Below are positions 62,709 to 64,000 of a stretch of 64,000 bases of DNA, in pieces; the stretch's first letter is position 1, and each line of letters begins with the position of its first letter. This stretch comes from Histomonas meleagridis 2922-C6/04-290x (Eukaryota > Protista > Parabasalia). The stretch spans positions 248,001-312,000 of the forward strand of contig JAANOX010000278.1 in the NCBI GenBank assembly GCA_020184695.1, given 5' to 3'. The translations under genes and the position numbers were made by a program. The notes below the pieces were generated by a model. That model searched no databases and was not told where the DNA came from. It worked only from the letters and a program-made list of their open reading frames with translations.

Positions 62709-64000
62709 TCATAGCCATTGATCTGTTTCTTCAAGAATGTTTTCTTTGCATGTTTTGTCAATTTCGTTCGTGTTCACTTCTCTGCTTCCTTCAAGTTCTT
62801 TATTCGATTCTTTGTTTATTCTTGTCTTCGTTTTATGTGTAAATAAAAAGATAATAATTCCAACAATAAGAAGGAAGATGAATACGGCTGTGCATGTGAC
62901 TGATATAATAATCGTTTTGGATATACTTCCCGATGTAATTTCTTCTTGTGTTTCTGAATAAATTATAAAATTAGAATAATAACTGACGTACGTCAATATT
63001 TGATATATCGTAAATATATAACTGATGAATTTCGTTGGCGTATAATAAATACTTGATGAGAAATATGAAACAGTAAATGTATTAATAATTGATACATCAA
63101 TAATACTCAATGATTGTGAAAGTGATAATGTGAAAATTATTGAAAAAGAATAACTTGAATCATTATTTATAAATGTATTCAACTGTGAATATGTATTTGA
63201 TTGTGAAAATGTATTAGAAAATGTATTTGACTTAGTAAATGTATTAGAATATGTATTTGACTTAGTAAATGTATTAGAATATGTATTTGATTGTGTGAAT
63301 GTTGCTGTCGGGAGTGGGTTACATCCTTCAATTGTCGTTTCGCTAATATTAAGATAACCAAATGTTTTATTTACATATAATGATGTTACAATAACTGTAT
63401 CTGCTTGAATGCTTTCAAATGCATTCGTTCCAATATTTGGTGATATCTCTCCACAATAATATATACATTTGAGTTTAATGCAATTATGAAATGCAGAGTC
63501 ACCAATTGTTTGAACATTCCCTTCAATATAAATCGTGATTAAATTTATACATCGTTCAAATGCATTGTCACAAATCCTTGTAACTGTTTCAGGAATTGTA
63601 ATATTTATTAATTTCTCACATTTATAAAATGTAGAATATCCAATTTCTGGAATATTTCCATAAATTTCAACAATTTCTAAATTAATACATTCTGAAAATG
63701 CATAATTCCCAAGTGATGTAACTGTTGTTGGAATCGTGATGTTTTTCAAATATGAACATTGAGAAAATGCTCTTGAACCAATTGTTTTTAATTTGTTTCC
63801 AATAATAACTGTTTCTAAATTATTACAAACTTGAAATGCATTATCCTTAATTGTTTCAATATTATCTCCAAGATTAATAGTGTTTAAACTTGTACATGAA
63901 TAAAATGAAGAAGAACCAACTGATGTAATCGAATTTGGAAGTATTATACTTATCATGTTTTTACAATTATAAAATGTATGATCTCCAATTTCTGTAATAT
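62709..64000 (-). CDS. BspA-like LRR surface protein, 5' end beyond the window
   Basis: Frame is open to the window end. TpLRRs, 30-nt stalk repeats, TM IIISVTCTAVFIFLLIVGIIIFLF, tail ending ILEETDQWL. Confidence 0.88.
   Translation of the reverse strand, partial: ITEIGDHTFYNCKNMISIILPNSITSVGSSSFYSCTSLNTINLGDNIETIKDNAFQVCNNLETVIIGNKLKTIGSRAFSQCSYLKNITIPTTVTSLGNYAFSECINLEIVEIYGNIPEIGYSTFYKCEKLINITIPETVTRICDNAFERCINLITIYIEGNVQTIGDSAFHNCIKLKCIYYCGEISPNIGTNAFESIQADTVIVTSLYVNKTFGYLNISETTIEGCNPLPTATFTQSNTYSNTFTKSNTYSNTFTKSNTFSNTFSQSNTYSQLNTFINNDSSYSFSIIFTLSLSQSLSIIDVSIINTFTVSYFSSSIYYTPTKFISYIFTIYQILTYVSYYSNFIIYSETQEEITSGSISKTIIISVTCTAVFIFLLIVGIIIFLFTHKTKTRINKESNKELEGSREVNTNEIDKTCKENILEETDQWL

Noticed and set aside
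1-64000. Spliceosomal introns
   Set aside because: No GT...ACTAAC(N)5-7AG parabasalid intron signature was found at any frame break; the ACTAAC hits seen lie in coding sequence or lack a suitably placed AG.

Overview
AT-rich, gene-dense eukaryotic DNA in the standard genetic code, with no canonical parabasalid intron seen. The gene content points to a parabasalid protist (Trichomonas/Tritrichomonas/Histomonas group): BspA-type LRR proteins, a Pmp-like protein, a DUF3447-type ankyrin gene, a long-rod alpha-actinin, TCA(C/T) initiator elements a few nt before ATG, and an ML..R hydrogenosomal leader. The genus is inferred, not established. Recognisable core genes are CNOT9/Rcd1, alpha-actinin, a TTC13-like TPR protein, a DOCK GEF, PTPA, an SS18/GIF-type SSXT protein, UTP20, an eIF2alpha-type kinase, TRAPPC13-like, a UBE2Q-like E2 and separase, plus tRNA-Glu(TTC) and tRNA-Ser(TGA). 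The main structural feature is a ~3.15-kb inverted segmental duplication (31623-34777 / 48440-51587) around a 13.7-kb core. Each arm carries four genes, and the copies have complementary homopolymer frameshifts. One arm gene is an unrecognised secreted-type protein built from three CX3C-x(12-15)-CX3C hairpin modules. Six BspA loci or relics are present. They include a BspA::CFAP47-like chimera, a tandem pair with near-identical LRR ectodomains but unrelated TM/cytoplasmic tails, and a lone tail relic at a duplication breakpoint. The DOCK GEF carries an Eps15-like array of ~15 DPF motifs. No rRNA, CRISPR array or intact transposase was found. Family assignments come from remembered motifs, not database searches.
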